Of a DNA stretch of 64,000 bases, positions 1-8,940 are shown piece by piece (positions within the stretch are counted from its first letter, which is position 1; each line of letters opens with the position of its first letter). Source of the DNA: Candidatus Nanopelagicales bacterium (GTDB lineage: Bacteria > Actinomycetota > Actinomycetes > S36-B12); assembly GCA_017857175.1 (NCBI GenBank), contig JAFMDS010000006.1, forward strand, positions 575-64,574, written 5' to 3'. The notes beneath the pieces were generated by a model. The model was not told the DNA's origin. It was given only the letters and a program-made list of their open reading frames with translations, and ran no database searches. The translations under genes were made by a program, and so were the position numbers.

Positions 1-88
1 ATGGACATTAATGCGCTGGTGCGCCCCTCAATGTCAGACCTCTCTGGTGCTCTATGCCTGTGCAGATTAGCCGAGAAAACGACACGAA

Positions 89-172
89 TCAAACACATGT
101 TCGAAATGTCGCCGACATTGTCACCGCACCATGCTATAAATCGTACATCCGTTCGATAGTACACCCGTTCGA
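89..172. promoter_or_regulatory. Three LexA (SOS) boxes around the LysM gene promoter
   Basis: TCAAAC-ACAT-GTTCGA (89-104), TCGTAC-ATCC-GTTCGA (141-156) and TAGTAC-ACCC-GTTCGA (157-172) match the actinobacterial TCGAAC-N4-GTTCGA box; TATAAA -10 at 135-140. Confidence 0.85.
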
Positions 173-185
173 GAAAGGCTTCCCC

Positions 186-575
186 ATGAACAGCACCGCA
201 GTGACTACAAACACTACAAAGCCAAGGTCAATTCGAAATACTCCAGGCTCAATCCCACGGGCAAAGAGTGTTTCCAGAGAAATTCGCCTCACCCGTCGGG
301 GTCGAGTGGTCCTTGGCCTGATGGGAACGATGTTCCTGATTTTGGCATGGATGACCCTGGGTGGTGGGAGCGCTGATGCCTCAACGGACTCGGTGGTGAA
401 TGCAACGGCCGTTGTCGTCATCCAGCCCGGCGAGAATCTTTGGGCCATCGCTAGGTCAATTGCACCTGACATTGATCCGCGTGAAATGGTGTTGCGTATC
501 AGGGAGCTCAATGACCTGGGGGCAGACCACGTGTATCCGGGCCAATCCATAGTGGTTCCCGCAATGCAGGGATGA
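186..575 (+). CDS. LysM-domain membrane protein, SOS-induced division inhibitor type (ChiZ/YneA-like)
   Basis: RLTRRGR followed by a TM helix and LysM (VIQPGENLWAIA...IRELN...GQSIVVP); ATG 186 follows a GAAAGG RBS; SOS boxes upstream, nrdR nearby downstream. Confidence 0.85.
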   Translation: MNSTAVTTNTTKPRSIRNTPGSIPRAKSVSREIRLTRRGRVVLGLMGTMFLILAWMTLGGGSADASTDSVVNATAVVVIQPGENLWAIARSIAPDIDPREMVLRIRELNDLGADHVYPGQSIVVPAMQG

Positions 576-616
576 CCACTCGAGTTTGAATCATGAGCGT
601 GTTTTAGGGTGCTTTT

Positions 617-1360
617 ATGCGGTTTCGGTTTCTTGTGGTTTTTGCCTTGATAGCGGCTTTGTTTTCTGGAGGTATTCAGAGCGCGAGTGCCGCGGAACGA
701 GATCCCAGCTGGCGAACGGGTGGCGATTCCAGGGCTTGCTCAGCGCCAATCTGGAGTGACAAGGATCCTCGCAATGGGCCAGGAGCAGGGCGGCGAGTGC
801 TGATCGTCGGAGATTCAAACACCAGAAATACTCGCCAGATGCTGACCAAGTCGCTGCGGGCTAGCGGTTGGAATCCCACCATTAGATGCTTTGGCGGTAA
901 AAGAATTGACTGGGGCATGGCTCAGGTCAAAGACCAGCGGCAATGGAAAGGGTTGCCCGACACCATCGTGATCGCACTGGGCACCAATGACATGCGCTGG
1001 ATTAATAGATCAATTACCCAGCAACGTATCAAACAAATGCTGGAGCTCATTGGGCCACAAAAAAATGTGGTGTGGATCAATACTTACGGCCTCAATGGTG
1101 ACCGTTTTAGCAAGGCCAAACAATCTTGGTTCAACAAGACGTTGGATTCAATTGCGGCTAAGTATCCGCGTGTGCAGGTACTTCCATGGGCCAAAATTGC
1201 GAAATCATCGGGGGTCAAATTCTCCGGGCCACTGCACTATGCACACTCAGGAAACAAGCTGAGAACTGCTGAAACGGTGAGATTCCTCAACGATCTCTAT
1301 GGGCAACCTGTCCAGACACGGTCCTCGAGTTCAATATTCGAGCAACACGCCGAGTCATAA
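617..1360 (+). CDS. Secreted SGNH/GDSL hydrolase
   Basis: Signal peptide ending ASAA; LIVGDS, ALGTND and a C-terminal PLH catalytic-type motif. Confidence 0.75.
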   Translation: MRFRFLVVFALIAALFSGGIQSASAAERDPSWRTGGDSRACSAPIWSDKDPRNGPGAGRRVLIVGDSNTRNTRQMLTKSLRASGWNPTIRCFGGKRIDWGMAQVKDQRQWKGLPDTIVIALGTNDMRWINRSITQQRIKQMLELIGPQKNVVWINTYGLNGDRFSKAKQSWFNKTLDSIAAKYPRVQVLPWAKIAKSSGVKFSGPLHYAHSGNKLRTAETVRFLNDLYGQPVQTRSSSSIFEQHAES

Positions 1361-1396
1361 CGGTTGCGCCGGGCTGAACTTTCCATTAGATTCACA

Positions 1397-1444
1397 CCCC
1401 TAGATGTAGTAGTAACACCGGTGTGAACCACCCACAGGTTGTGG
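1397..1444. promoter_or_regulatory. Tandem NrdR boxes
   Basis: cccCTAGATGTAGtag (1397-1412) and cacCCACAGGTTGtgg (1429-1444), 32 bp apart, upstream of nrdR-nrdJ. Confidence 0.75.
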
Positions 1445-1574
1445 TTAAGGACACACAGGTTAGTAGCAAACCATCCACAAGTAATCCACAGGATGGCAGA
1501 AGTTCCGAAACTGATGTGACTGGAGTGCCTGCTGTGAAGCATGTGACTAGCGGTCCGAATGAGAGGAGAGTGCC

Positions 1575-2075
1575 GTGAAGTGTCCATTTTGCCGTGAAGA
1601 CGACTCACGAGTAGTCGACTCCCGCACTGTTGAGGACGGTCTGGCGATTAGGCGCAGGCGTGAATGTGCACATTGTGGTCGCAGGTTCACCACAGCAGAA
1701 TTCGCCGCTCTCAATATTGTGAAGCGTTCAGGTGCCCATGAAGCATTCAATCGGCTTAAAGTGGTAAATGGAGTGCGTAAGGCCTGCCAAGGAAGACCGG
1801 TGAGTGACGATGATCTCGCAGTACTTGCTCAGCGCGTTGAAGACAATCTCCGCGCCAGCGGAAATGGTGAAATACCTGCCCAAGAGGTCGGACTTGCCAT
1901 TCTCGCTCCACTCCGCGAATTGGATGAGGTTGCCTACCTTCGATTCGCCTCTGTCTATCGATCCTTCGATACCTTGGATGATTTTGAAGCCGAGATTGCA
2001 CTCCTTCGGGCAGAGGGCGAACCCACTGGCCAAGAACCTGTACGAACAGTTTCAATCGCAGATCCAACTGAATAA
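1575..2075 (+). CDS. nrdR: Transcriptional repressor NrdR
   Basis: MKCPFC...VVDSR...IRRRREC..CGRRFTT Zn ribbon, ATP cone, [10 protein letters not shown]. Confidence 0.97.
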   Translation: MKCPFCREDDSRVVDSRTVEDGLAIRRRRECAHCGRRFTTAEFAALNIVKRSGAHEAFNRLKVVNGVRKACQGRPVSDDDLAVLAQRVEDNLRASGNGEIPAQEVGLAILAPLRELDEVAYLRFASVYRSFDTLDDFEAEIALLRAEGEPTGQEPVRTVSIADPTE

Positions 2076-2148
2076 CAACACTTCCCAGTCAGATCCTCGC
2101 CAACCAATGGGGGAACGAGGAACAACCACAGAAAAGAAAGGCACGTTC

Positions 2149-4980
2149 ATGACACAGGCACCAGAAGCTCCGGTCCTCAGTACCAAGGAAAGCTTCGTCC
2201 ACAACACGCTCAAAAATCCCGGCCTTGTGATGAAGCGCCTATACACAACCGAAGGTGTTCATCCATATGACGATGTCACGTGGGAGCGTCGCGACGTTGT
2301 CCAGAACAACTGGAAAACGGGTGAGATTGTTTTCGAGCAGCGTGGTGTGGAATTCCCAGACTTCTGGAGCGTCAATGCATCGACGATTGTCACAACGAAG
2401 TATTTCCGTGGCGCGGTTGGAGCAGACAATCGTGAATTCAGTTTGAAGCAGTTGATTGATCGTGTAGTGCTCACTTACACCAAGTCCGGTCGCGAGAACG
2501 GATATTTCCGCACCGATGCCGATGCAGAGATTTTTGAGCATGAACTCACGTACATGTTGTTGCACCAGGTTTTCTCCTTTAATTCACCTGTTTGGTTCAA
2601 CGTTGGTACCACAGCCCCCCAGCAGGTAAGTGCGTGCTTCATTCTCAGCGTCGATGACACCATGGATTCGATCCTGAACTGGTACCGAGAAGAGGGCATG
2701 ATCTTCAAGGGTGGATCAGGTGCAGGTCTGAACCTTTCACGGATTCGTTCAAGCAAGGAACTACTTCGTTCTTCGGGTGGAACTGCCTCTGGTCCTGTTT
2801 CGTTCATGCGTGGGGCTGATGCATCAGCGGGAACGATTAAGTCGGGGGGTGCAACTCGCCGCGCGGCCAAGATGGTTGTGCTCGACGTGGATCATCCAGA
2901 CATCGAAGAGTTCATTGAGACAAAGGTGCGCGAAGAAGACAAAATCCGCGTTCTCCGTGATGCTGGTTACGACATGGATCTTGGTGGCGCTGATATTTCC
3001 AGTGTTCAATACCAGAATGCGAATAACTCGGTTCGCGTCTCAGATCTATTCATGCGTGCAGTGGAAAATGGTGAACCATTCGGACTCACGCGACGCACCG
3101 ATGGCAGTGTTGTTGAAACCGTTGATGCCAAAGAACTTTTTGGCAAAATGACCGAGGCTGCCTGGGCGTGTGCCGATCCTGGGATCCAGTACGACGACAC
3201 GATCAATGACTGGCACACCAATCCTGAGACCGGTCGGATTAATGCATCTAACCCATGCTCGGAATACATGAGTCTTGATAACTCGTCATGCAACTTGGCA
3301 AGTTTGAATCTGCTCACATTCCTCAAGGATGATGACACATTCGACGCGGAGCGTTTCGCACGTGCTGTTGAATATGTCATCACCGCGATGGACATCTCGA
3401 TCTGTTTCGCGGACTTCCCGACAGATCCCATTGGTGACACAACCCGTCGCTACCGCCAGTTGGGTATTGGCTATGCCAACCTCGGTGCACTGCTGATGGC
3501 AACGAGCTTGCCATACGACTCTGAGGCAGGGCGAGCTTTTGCTGCAGGAATCACATCACTGATGACTGGCACCGCATACAAGCGCAGTGCCGAATTGGCA
3601 GGAATTGTTGGTGCATATGATGGATATGCGCGCAATGAGTATGCCCACAAGCGTGTCATGCGCAAGCATGCTGCGGCAAATGACAACATTCGCGGCGTAA
3701 CAAGCCTTGATGGTGACGTCACGGCTCTCGCCGGCAAGATGTGGGAAGAGTGCCTAACACTGGGCGAAGCCAATGGCTGGCGCAATGCTCAAGCATCTGT
3801 TCTTGCGCCCACGGGCACCATCGGTTTCATGATGGACTGCGATACCACAGGAATTGAGCCTGACTTCTCGCTGGTCAAGTTCAAGAAACTAGTTGGTGGT
3901 GGTTCCATGCAGATCGTGAACCAGACGATTCCTCGTGCACTCCGCAAGTTGGGTTACACAGAAGAAACCGTGGAAGCAATCATTGAGTTCATTGGTGAAA
4001 ATGGCCACGTGATTGATGCGCCAGGGCTCAAGACCGAGCATTACCCGATCTTCGATACCGCAATGGGCGCTCGGTCAATAACGCCGATGGGCCACGTTCG
4101 CATGATGGCAGCTGTTCAACCATTTATCTCAGGTGCCATCAGCAAAACGGTCAATATGCCAGAGGATGCAACGGTCGAAGAAGTTGCTGAGATCTACTTT
4201 GAGGGTTGGAAGATGGGCATTAAGGCCCTCGCTATCTACCGTGATAACTGCAAGGTGGGGCAGCCACTCAGCGATGCAAAAGCCAAGAAGGCCGATGCAC
4301 CCGTCGAGGAAATCGTGGTGGGAGGGCAGCCAGTTCGTCGTAGGCTTCCCAAGTCACGACCAAGCCAGACGACCTCCTTCTCGGTCGCTGGCGCTGAGGG
4401 CTACATGACCGCTGGTAGTTACGAAGACGGTCAACTCGGTGAAGTGTTCCTTAAACTGGGCAAGCAAGGTTCAACGCTCGCCGGTGTGATGGATGCATTC
4501 TCTATTGCCATCAGCATTGCATTGCAATATGGCGTCCCGCTCGAGGCATTTGTTAACAAATTCGTCAACATGCGCTTTGAGCCCGCAGGTATGACCGATG
4601 ATCCGGATATCCGTATTTCGCAGTCAATGATGGATTACATATTCCGTCGTTTGGCGCTCGACCACCTTTCATTCGAGCAGCGTGAGGCACTGGGAATTTT
4701 CTCAGCGGATGAGCGTGCTGCGACCGTGCAAAGTAGTTACGCAACAGCACCAGCTGCCGATCTCGATGTTGACGTCGTTGCTGCGGAGACCGAAGCATCT
4801 GTCGAAGCGCCAAAGAGTCATGAAGTGCCCACGTCGGTGCATTCGAGTGCAGAACTGCTCGAGGCAATCACAGGCACTGCATCTGATGCACCGCTATGCA
4901 TGACCTGCGGAATCAAGATGCGTCCAGCAGGTAGTTGCTACGTCTGCGAAGGTTGCGGGAGTACTTCAGGCTGCAGCTAA
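2149..4980 (+). CDS. nrdJ: Vitamin B12-dependent (class II) ribonucleotide reductase
   Basis: FNSPVWFN, SACFIL, ASNPCSEY, LAPTGTIG, AISKTVN, C-terminal TSCPD-type domain and Zn ribbon; ATG 2149 has a GAAAGG RBS. Confidence 0.96.
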   Translation: MTQAPEAPVLSTKESFVHNTLKNPGLVMKRLYTTEGVHPYDDVTWERRDVVQNNWKTGEIVFEQRGVEFPDFWSVNASTIVTTKYFRGAVGADNREFSLKQLIDRVVLTYTKSGRENGYFRTDADAEIFEHELTYMLLHQVFSFNSPVWFNVGTTAPQQVSACFILSVDDTMDSILNWYREEGMIFKGGSGAGLNLSRIRSSKELLRSSGGTASGPVSFMRGADASAGTIKSGGATRRAAKMVVLDVDHPDIEEFIETKVREEDKIRVLRDAGYDMDLGGADISSVQYQNANNSVRVSDLFMRAVENGEPFGLTRRTDGSVVETVDAKELFGKMTEAAWACADPGIQYDDTINDWHTNPETGRINASNPCSEYMSLDNSSCNLASLNLLTFLKDDDTFDAERFARAVEYVITAMDISICFADFPTDPIGDTTRRYRQLGIGYANLGALLMATSLPYDSEAGRAFAAGITSLMTGTAYKRSAELAGIVGAYDGYARNEYAHKRVMRKHAAANDNIRGVTSLDGDVTALAGKMWEECLTLGEANGWRNAQASVLAPTGTIGFMMDCDTTGIEPDFSLVKFKKLVGGGSMQIVNQTIPRALRKLGYTEETVEAIIEFIGENGHVIDAPGLKTEHYPIFDTAMGARSITPMGHVRMMAAVQPFISGAISKTVNMPEDATVEEVAEIYFEGWKMGIKALAIYRDNCKVGQPLSDAKAKKADAPVEEIVVGGQPVRRRLPKSRPSQTTSFSVAGAEGYMTAGSYEDGQLGEVFLKLGKQGSTLAGVMDAFSIAISIALQYGVPLEAFVNKFVNMRFEPAGMTDDPDIRISQSMMDYIFRRLALDHLSFEQREALGIFSADERAATVQSSYATAPAADLDVDVVAAETEASVEAPKSHEVPTSVHSSAELLEAITGTASDAPLCMTCGIKMRPAGSCYVCEGCGSTSGCS

Positions 4981-5006
4981 AAAAGTTCGGCTGCGATTGT
5001 CCAGCC

Positions 5007-5053
5007 AATTCGACCCAGCCTCATGAGTTAATGAGGCTGGGTCGAATTTCTTT
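5007..5053. terminator. Intrinsic terminator between convergent genes
   Basis: Perfect 18-bp stem AATTCGACCCAGCCTCAT (5007-5024) / ATGAGGCTGGGTCGAATT (5031-5048), followed by TCTTT. Confidence 0.85.
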
Positions 5054-5107
5054 GCATCTAAATCGGCTCTGGTATCAGGGTTTTAGTTTCAGTGGGGGCG
5101 AACTGAC

Positions 5108-5437
5108 TTAAAGGTCGTTGAGGATGCTCCACATGCCACCGGGAGTTGTGCGAGTATTTCGTTGCATGGGGCAAACCTTGATGCAGCCATCGGTTAGCTC
5201 GATCATCCCTGCCAGGCTGAGGTCACCGATAACTCGATCTGTGGCGTTCTGTTCCCATCCGAGGGCCTGGGAAATTTCAGGGGGAGTTAATGGTTTCTGG
5301 GCCCGCAAAACTTGACGCATGAGATCGCCTTGTTCGGCGGGGAGATCAAGGATGTCTGACATTGTCAGGGGTGCTTGCTCGCCCTGCTCCTTTTCAAGTT
5401 GCCCTTCGAGGCGACTGAAAATATTTTCACTGCTCAT
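5108..5437 (-). CDS. Hypothetical winged-helix protein (109 aa)
   Basis: MSSENIFSRL...LTPPEISQALGWEQNATDRVIGDLSLAGMIE resembles a wHTH; ATG overlaps the upstream stop (ATGA, 5434-5437). Confidence 0.7.
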   Translation of the reverse strand: MSSENIFSRLEGQLEKEQGEQAPLTMSDILDLPAEQGDLMRQVLRAQKPLTPPEISQALGWEQNATDRVIGDLSLAGMIELTDGCIKVCPMQRNTRTTPGGMWSILNDL

Positions 5438-5640
5438 GCCAACTCCGGCATCGAGATCGGTTCGGGTTGTGGTCGGCAGATCTGGCACCACAGAGTACCC
5501 CCGACAACAATTGAACGCGGTGGATTGGATCCAAATACCGTAACGATGAACGGCATGGTGGCGTGGTGTGTTGCACACACCCCGCGCCCGCAGAACTTAC
5601 AAGTCCCTCGTGCGCTGTCGTCACACTGAGCGCAAAGCAC
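5434..5640 (-). CDS. Small Cys/His-rich Zn-finger protein (68 aa)
   Basis: CAQC..CKFC...CATHH..CQIC; GTG start with AAGGGTGA RBS; coupled to the downstream gene. Confidence 0.7.
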   Translation of the reverse strand: MLCAQCDDSARGTCKFCGRGVCATHHATMPFIVTVFGSNPPRSIVVGGTLWCQICRPQPEPISMPELA

Positions 5641-5669
5641 CTAATTCACCCTTTCGTCGCCGTGCCATT

Positions 5670-6785
5670 TCAATCCAAACTTGCCTCGGAGTCCAGATCC
5701 AAGTTCGAGTTGCTTGTCCCCGTCACGCTATCACCGTCAAAAGGGACCTCGCTGAGACGCGCCCAAAGCCCGCTGGGGGCTTCCTGACTTGATTCCTGTT
5801 GTTGCGGCACCGCTTCACTGAGCGAATCCCACATGCCCAATTCTTTGGATTCAAGGGGTAAGTGAGAGCGCAACCACATCATTGCGAACATCCCAATCTG
5901 GCGTCGAAGGTTTGCAGCATCCTGTTGGAGCTGCGCTACCTCCGACTCATTCCCTCGACTCCCATGCTGAAGGATTGCGATTTTTCGCTGAACCTCGACA
6001 AGTTCCTCCGCCTTGTCGGCAGCGTCTGATCCGTAGCGAGCCTCGAATGCATCGAGAATTGCTGAGACGCTACTGCCGGTGAGTGCCGATTGCTCGCTGG
6101 CAGTAGCTCCTTGGCGTGCCAAGTCCTCACGTACCCAGCGAGCGGACAAGGGGAATCCTAGATAGATGATTCCCCCCGCGATACCAAAGACGGCGACCCC
6201 CGTCGCGGTTATCAGCAGGGCAGAGCCGCCCTCGTTCTCGGTCAGCCAATTGAATGAGGAGTGAAGCGAAATGGCAATGACTAGACCGAGAAAGGGAATT
6301 CCGAGTCGCGTGAGTCCGCCTCGACTGAAAGTGAGAATGATGGCGGCACCAACAATGGCCGTGCAGCCTGCGTGCATAAGGTTAGTTGACGTTATTCGTG
6401 CGAGTGCTAACGATAGAGCCGCATCGTTGCCCACACGTTCGAGATAAAGCCAGTTCTCTCGAATTGCAAAACCTGTGCCAGCTGCGGCGCCGAGCACGGC
6501 GCCATCGACAAACCAAGTAACTCGTCGAGAGATTCCCATGAAGGGCAATGCGAGTGCTTTGGTGATTTCTTCGGCGATCGGTGCCCCAATAACAATGAGC
6601 GAGGTTATGCCGAAAGCAAGTGCCCAGCGGTCATTGATGTGCACCACAATGAAGGTGTCGAGGATTCCCCACGCGAGAGCCAATAGAGCCAAGGGCCATA
6701 ATCGAGTCCAATTGCGTCCAAGGATGAGTAAACCGGTCAGGGCTAGAAGTGGCACGACGGTCGCTAGTACGACTGCCAAATTCAT
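5670..6785 (-). CDS. PrsW-family glutamic intramembrane protease with a C-terminal soluble extension
   Basis: Multiple TM helices with EEITK, GFAIREN, MHAG and HSSFN motifs; about 155-aa helical tail; TAGGCT -10 lies 6 nt before the ATG. Confidence 0.85.
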   Translation of the reverse strand: MNLAVVLATVVPLLALTGLLILGRNWTRLWPLALLALAWGILDTFIVVHINDRWALAFGITSLIVIGAPIAEEITKALALPFMGISRRVTWFVDGAVLGAAAGTGFAIRENWLYLERVGNDAALSLALARITSTNLMHAGCTAIVGAAIILTFSRGGLTRLGIPFLGLVIAISLHSSFNWLTENEGGSALLITATGVAVFGIAGGIIYLGFPLSARWVREDLARQGATASEQSALTGSSVSAILDAFEARYGSDAADKAEELVEVQRKIAILQHGSRGNESEVAQLQQDAANLRRQIGMFAMMWLRSHLPLESKELGMWDSLSEAVPQQQESSQEAPSGLWARLSEVPFDGDSVTGTSNSNLDLDSEASLD

Positions 6786-6794
6786 GTCTGCAGC

Positions 6795-7095
6795 CTAGCC
6801 CTTGAGTCCGAATCGGAAAGTTCTATTTCCATTTGCGATCAAGTTTAAGGCCGACATCAGAGCCACAATGATCCATGGAATCAGGTCTATGAGGACGATT
6901 ATTAACTCAGACACAAGGGAACAGGTGCTGAGTTCGCAACCGAGATAAGGGAGCGACGCCTGAGCAGCCAGAATTGAGAATAAAAGCCACTAAGTTCCGC
7001 CGACAAAGGCGATAAGGAACTTTAATCAAGTGGGCCGGTAAGCGTTCGGTGGTGATCCACGGTCCTCATCGTGCTTGCTCGCGCGACGAACCAAA
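6795..7095 (-). pseudogene. Possible degraded small membrane-protein gene
   Basis: One frame reads RPT*LKFLIAFVGGT*WLLFSILAAQ...LIIVLIDLIPWIIVALMSALNLI...GLKG*, with in-frame stops at 7026-7028 and 6990-6992. Confidence 0.4.
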
Positions 7096-7182
7096 TATTG
7101 AAGGGGTGAAAATGCTGCTCATGAACCGCCTACTGGTCTAGGGTGTCCAATAGGTAAATGACTAAAGGAGCCGCGAGTAGCC

Positions 7183-7686
7183 ATGAAAAAATCAACACTG
7201 CGTGTCGGAATATTCCTTGGAGCAGGTGCCCTGGTTCTAGCTGGCTGTTCCTCAGAGGCTGAATCCGAGGTGACGCCAACGATTACTCCATCTCCAACTG
7301 AGACCATTGAACCGGTAGCGGTGCTGGCTGAGGAAGCCTGCGCAGATTACTTTGCTGTCGACTTGATTCGGTCAGACATAAATGCAGGGGCGCCAGGGCT
7401 CAAAAAGAAGGCAAAAAAGGCTCTCTTAGCTGACCTGCAGCTTGAGGTGGATCAAATGGTCGTCGCGGTGGACGCCGCTGTCATTGGTGGCGAATTGCCC
7501 GCCAAGGCGCTCGCCAATGCGGAGAGAATTCAAAATAATGTGAATAAGGCCAAGGCCAAGGATGGAATCGACGGGATCAATAAAAAGCAGCTCAAGCGAA
7601 TTAACGCTTCGGCTGAGCGCGTCGAGATTGCATGTGTTGCAGCAGGCAATGACCTACCCGTTGAAAATATTGATGCCCGAAGCTAG
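7183..7686 (+). CDS. Lipoprotein of unknown function
   Basis: MKK, hydrophobic stretch and LAGC lipobox; Thr/Pro linker; AAGGAG upstream. Confidence 0.75.
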   Translation: MKKSTLRVGIFLGAGALVLAGCSSEAESEVTPTITPSPTETIEPVAVLAEEACADYFAVDLIRSDINAGAPGLKKKAKKALLADLQLEVDQMVVAVDAAVIGGELPAKALANAERIQNNVNKAKAKDGIDGINKKQLKRINASAERVEIACVAAGNDLPVENIDARS

Positions 7687-7707
7687 TCACCTGAATAGAT
7701 TGTTGAG

Positions 7708-8844
7708 TTAGCTTCCCTGGCTCTGTGGTTCAAAGGGCTGCACGGGTGGAAACGGATGATCTGGGTCCCGGCCAGTTAGGTATTTTGCAACGCCATAGAC
7801 AGCGCCAGCAATCGGCACAGCGATGAGGGCACCGACTATTCCAAGTGCAATGCTCCCGGCGGCGATTGCAAAAATGATTGCGAGAGGGTGAAGACTCACC
7901 GCCTTTCCCATAACTAGTGGCTGTAATACGTCACCATCAAATGAACCAACAATCACGGTGAGAACGATAACGAGCACCGCGATGAGGGGCCCGCGCTCCG
8001 CGAGGGCAACAATTGCGGCAAAAAACGTGGCAATTGGAGCGCCGATAACGGGGATAAATGCCCCGAGAAAAACGACGGCGGCTAGTGCGGGCGCTAGCGG
8101 TACCTGCAAAATGGTCAATCCAATGAAAACTAGAACGGCATCACAAAAGGCAATGATGACTATCCCACGTGCATAACCGGCGATTGCACCCCAAGCAATC
8201 TCACCAGAAACGTTGATGGGCGCCTCAATGGGCTTTGGCAGCCAGCCAACGAACCAGTTCCAGATTTGTCGCGGTTGCATGAGAAAGAAGATCACTCCAA
8301 AGAGGAAAACGGAGCCCGCAATTACAACTGTTCCTAAGGATGATGCTGACTCGAGAAGAGTTGCGCCCAAGCCCTTGGCAACATTCTCACCCCACGTTTC
8401 AGCTTGGGAGAGCAGTGAGTTTACCCTGTCGTCGCTAAGTCCGAGGGGGCCTTGTTGCATCCAAGTTTGCAACTCACTTAATCCAGACTGAATACTCGCA
8501 AGAAGTTTTGGTCCCTCGGCAACCGTTGAAGAGATCACACTGAACAGGATCAGCACGATGGCCGTCGCGATGAGTAGCAGCGCAAGGATCATGGAAATTG
8601 CTTTTGGGAGAAATTTGTGGAGCACTTTCATGACTGGCTGAGTCCAGGCGGCTACCAGCAAGGCAAAGAAGAGAGCAAATGCTACGGGGAATATGTAGCC
8701 GAGAATGGTGACAAATACTGCGAATCCGGCGAGGAGAACGAGAATTCTCCAGGTGAATCCGGCAGCGGTTTTCAGGGTATCGGGCACACCCAAATCAGGG
8801 CTGGGGGCGTTATCGGCTCGATTCCCAACGGTCTCTTGTGACAT
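7708..8844 (-). CDS. AI-2E family transporter
   Basis: Polytopic; FIPVIGA, VLQPLVMGKAVSLHP and GALIAVP motifs. Confidence 0.9.
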   Translation of the reverse strand: MSQETVGNRADNAPSPDLGVPDTLKTAAGFTWRILVLLAGFAVFVTILGYIFPVAFALFFALLVAAWTQPVMKVLHKFLPKAISMILALLLIATAIVLILFSVISSTVAEGPKLLASIQSGLSELQTWMQQGPLGLSDDRVNSLLSQAETWGENVAKGLGATLLESASSLGTVVIAGSVFLFGVIFFLMQPRQIWNWFVGWLPKPIEAPINVSGEIAWGAIAGYARGIVIIAFCDAVLVFIGLTILQVPLAPALAAVVFLGAFIPVIGAPIATFFAAIVALAERGPLIAVLVIVLTVIVGSFDGDVLQPLVMGKAVSLHPLAIIFAIAAGSIALGIVGALIAVPIAGAVYGVAKYLTGRDPDHPFPPVQPFEPQSQGS

Positions 8845-8940
8845 AGATGCCTCTTAGGTTGGCTTGAATGGTGAGCGTAGGTGCCACCTGATGGCACAAT
8901 ATCGTGCTTGCTCAATTATTTGTTTAACTTCGCACCGTAA

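Noticed and set aside
1804-2148. 115-aa N-terminal extension of NrdJ in the ORF track
   Set aside because: Overlaps nrdR in another frame; ATG 2149 has a good RBS and gives a normal length
2149-4980. Possible intein or intron in nrdJ
   Set aside because: Catalytic motifs are contiguous; no intein splice-junction or homing-endonuclease motifs seen
5438-5578. N-terminal extension of the wHTH ORF (156-aa call)
   Set aside because: Lies on top of the Zn-finger ORF; the ATGA coupling at 5434-5437 gives the better start
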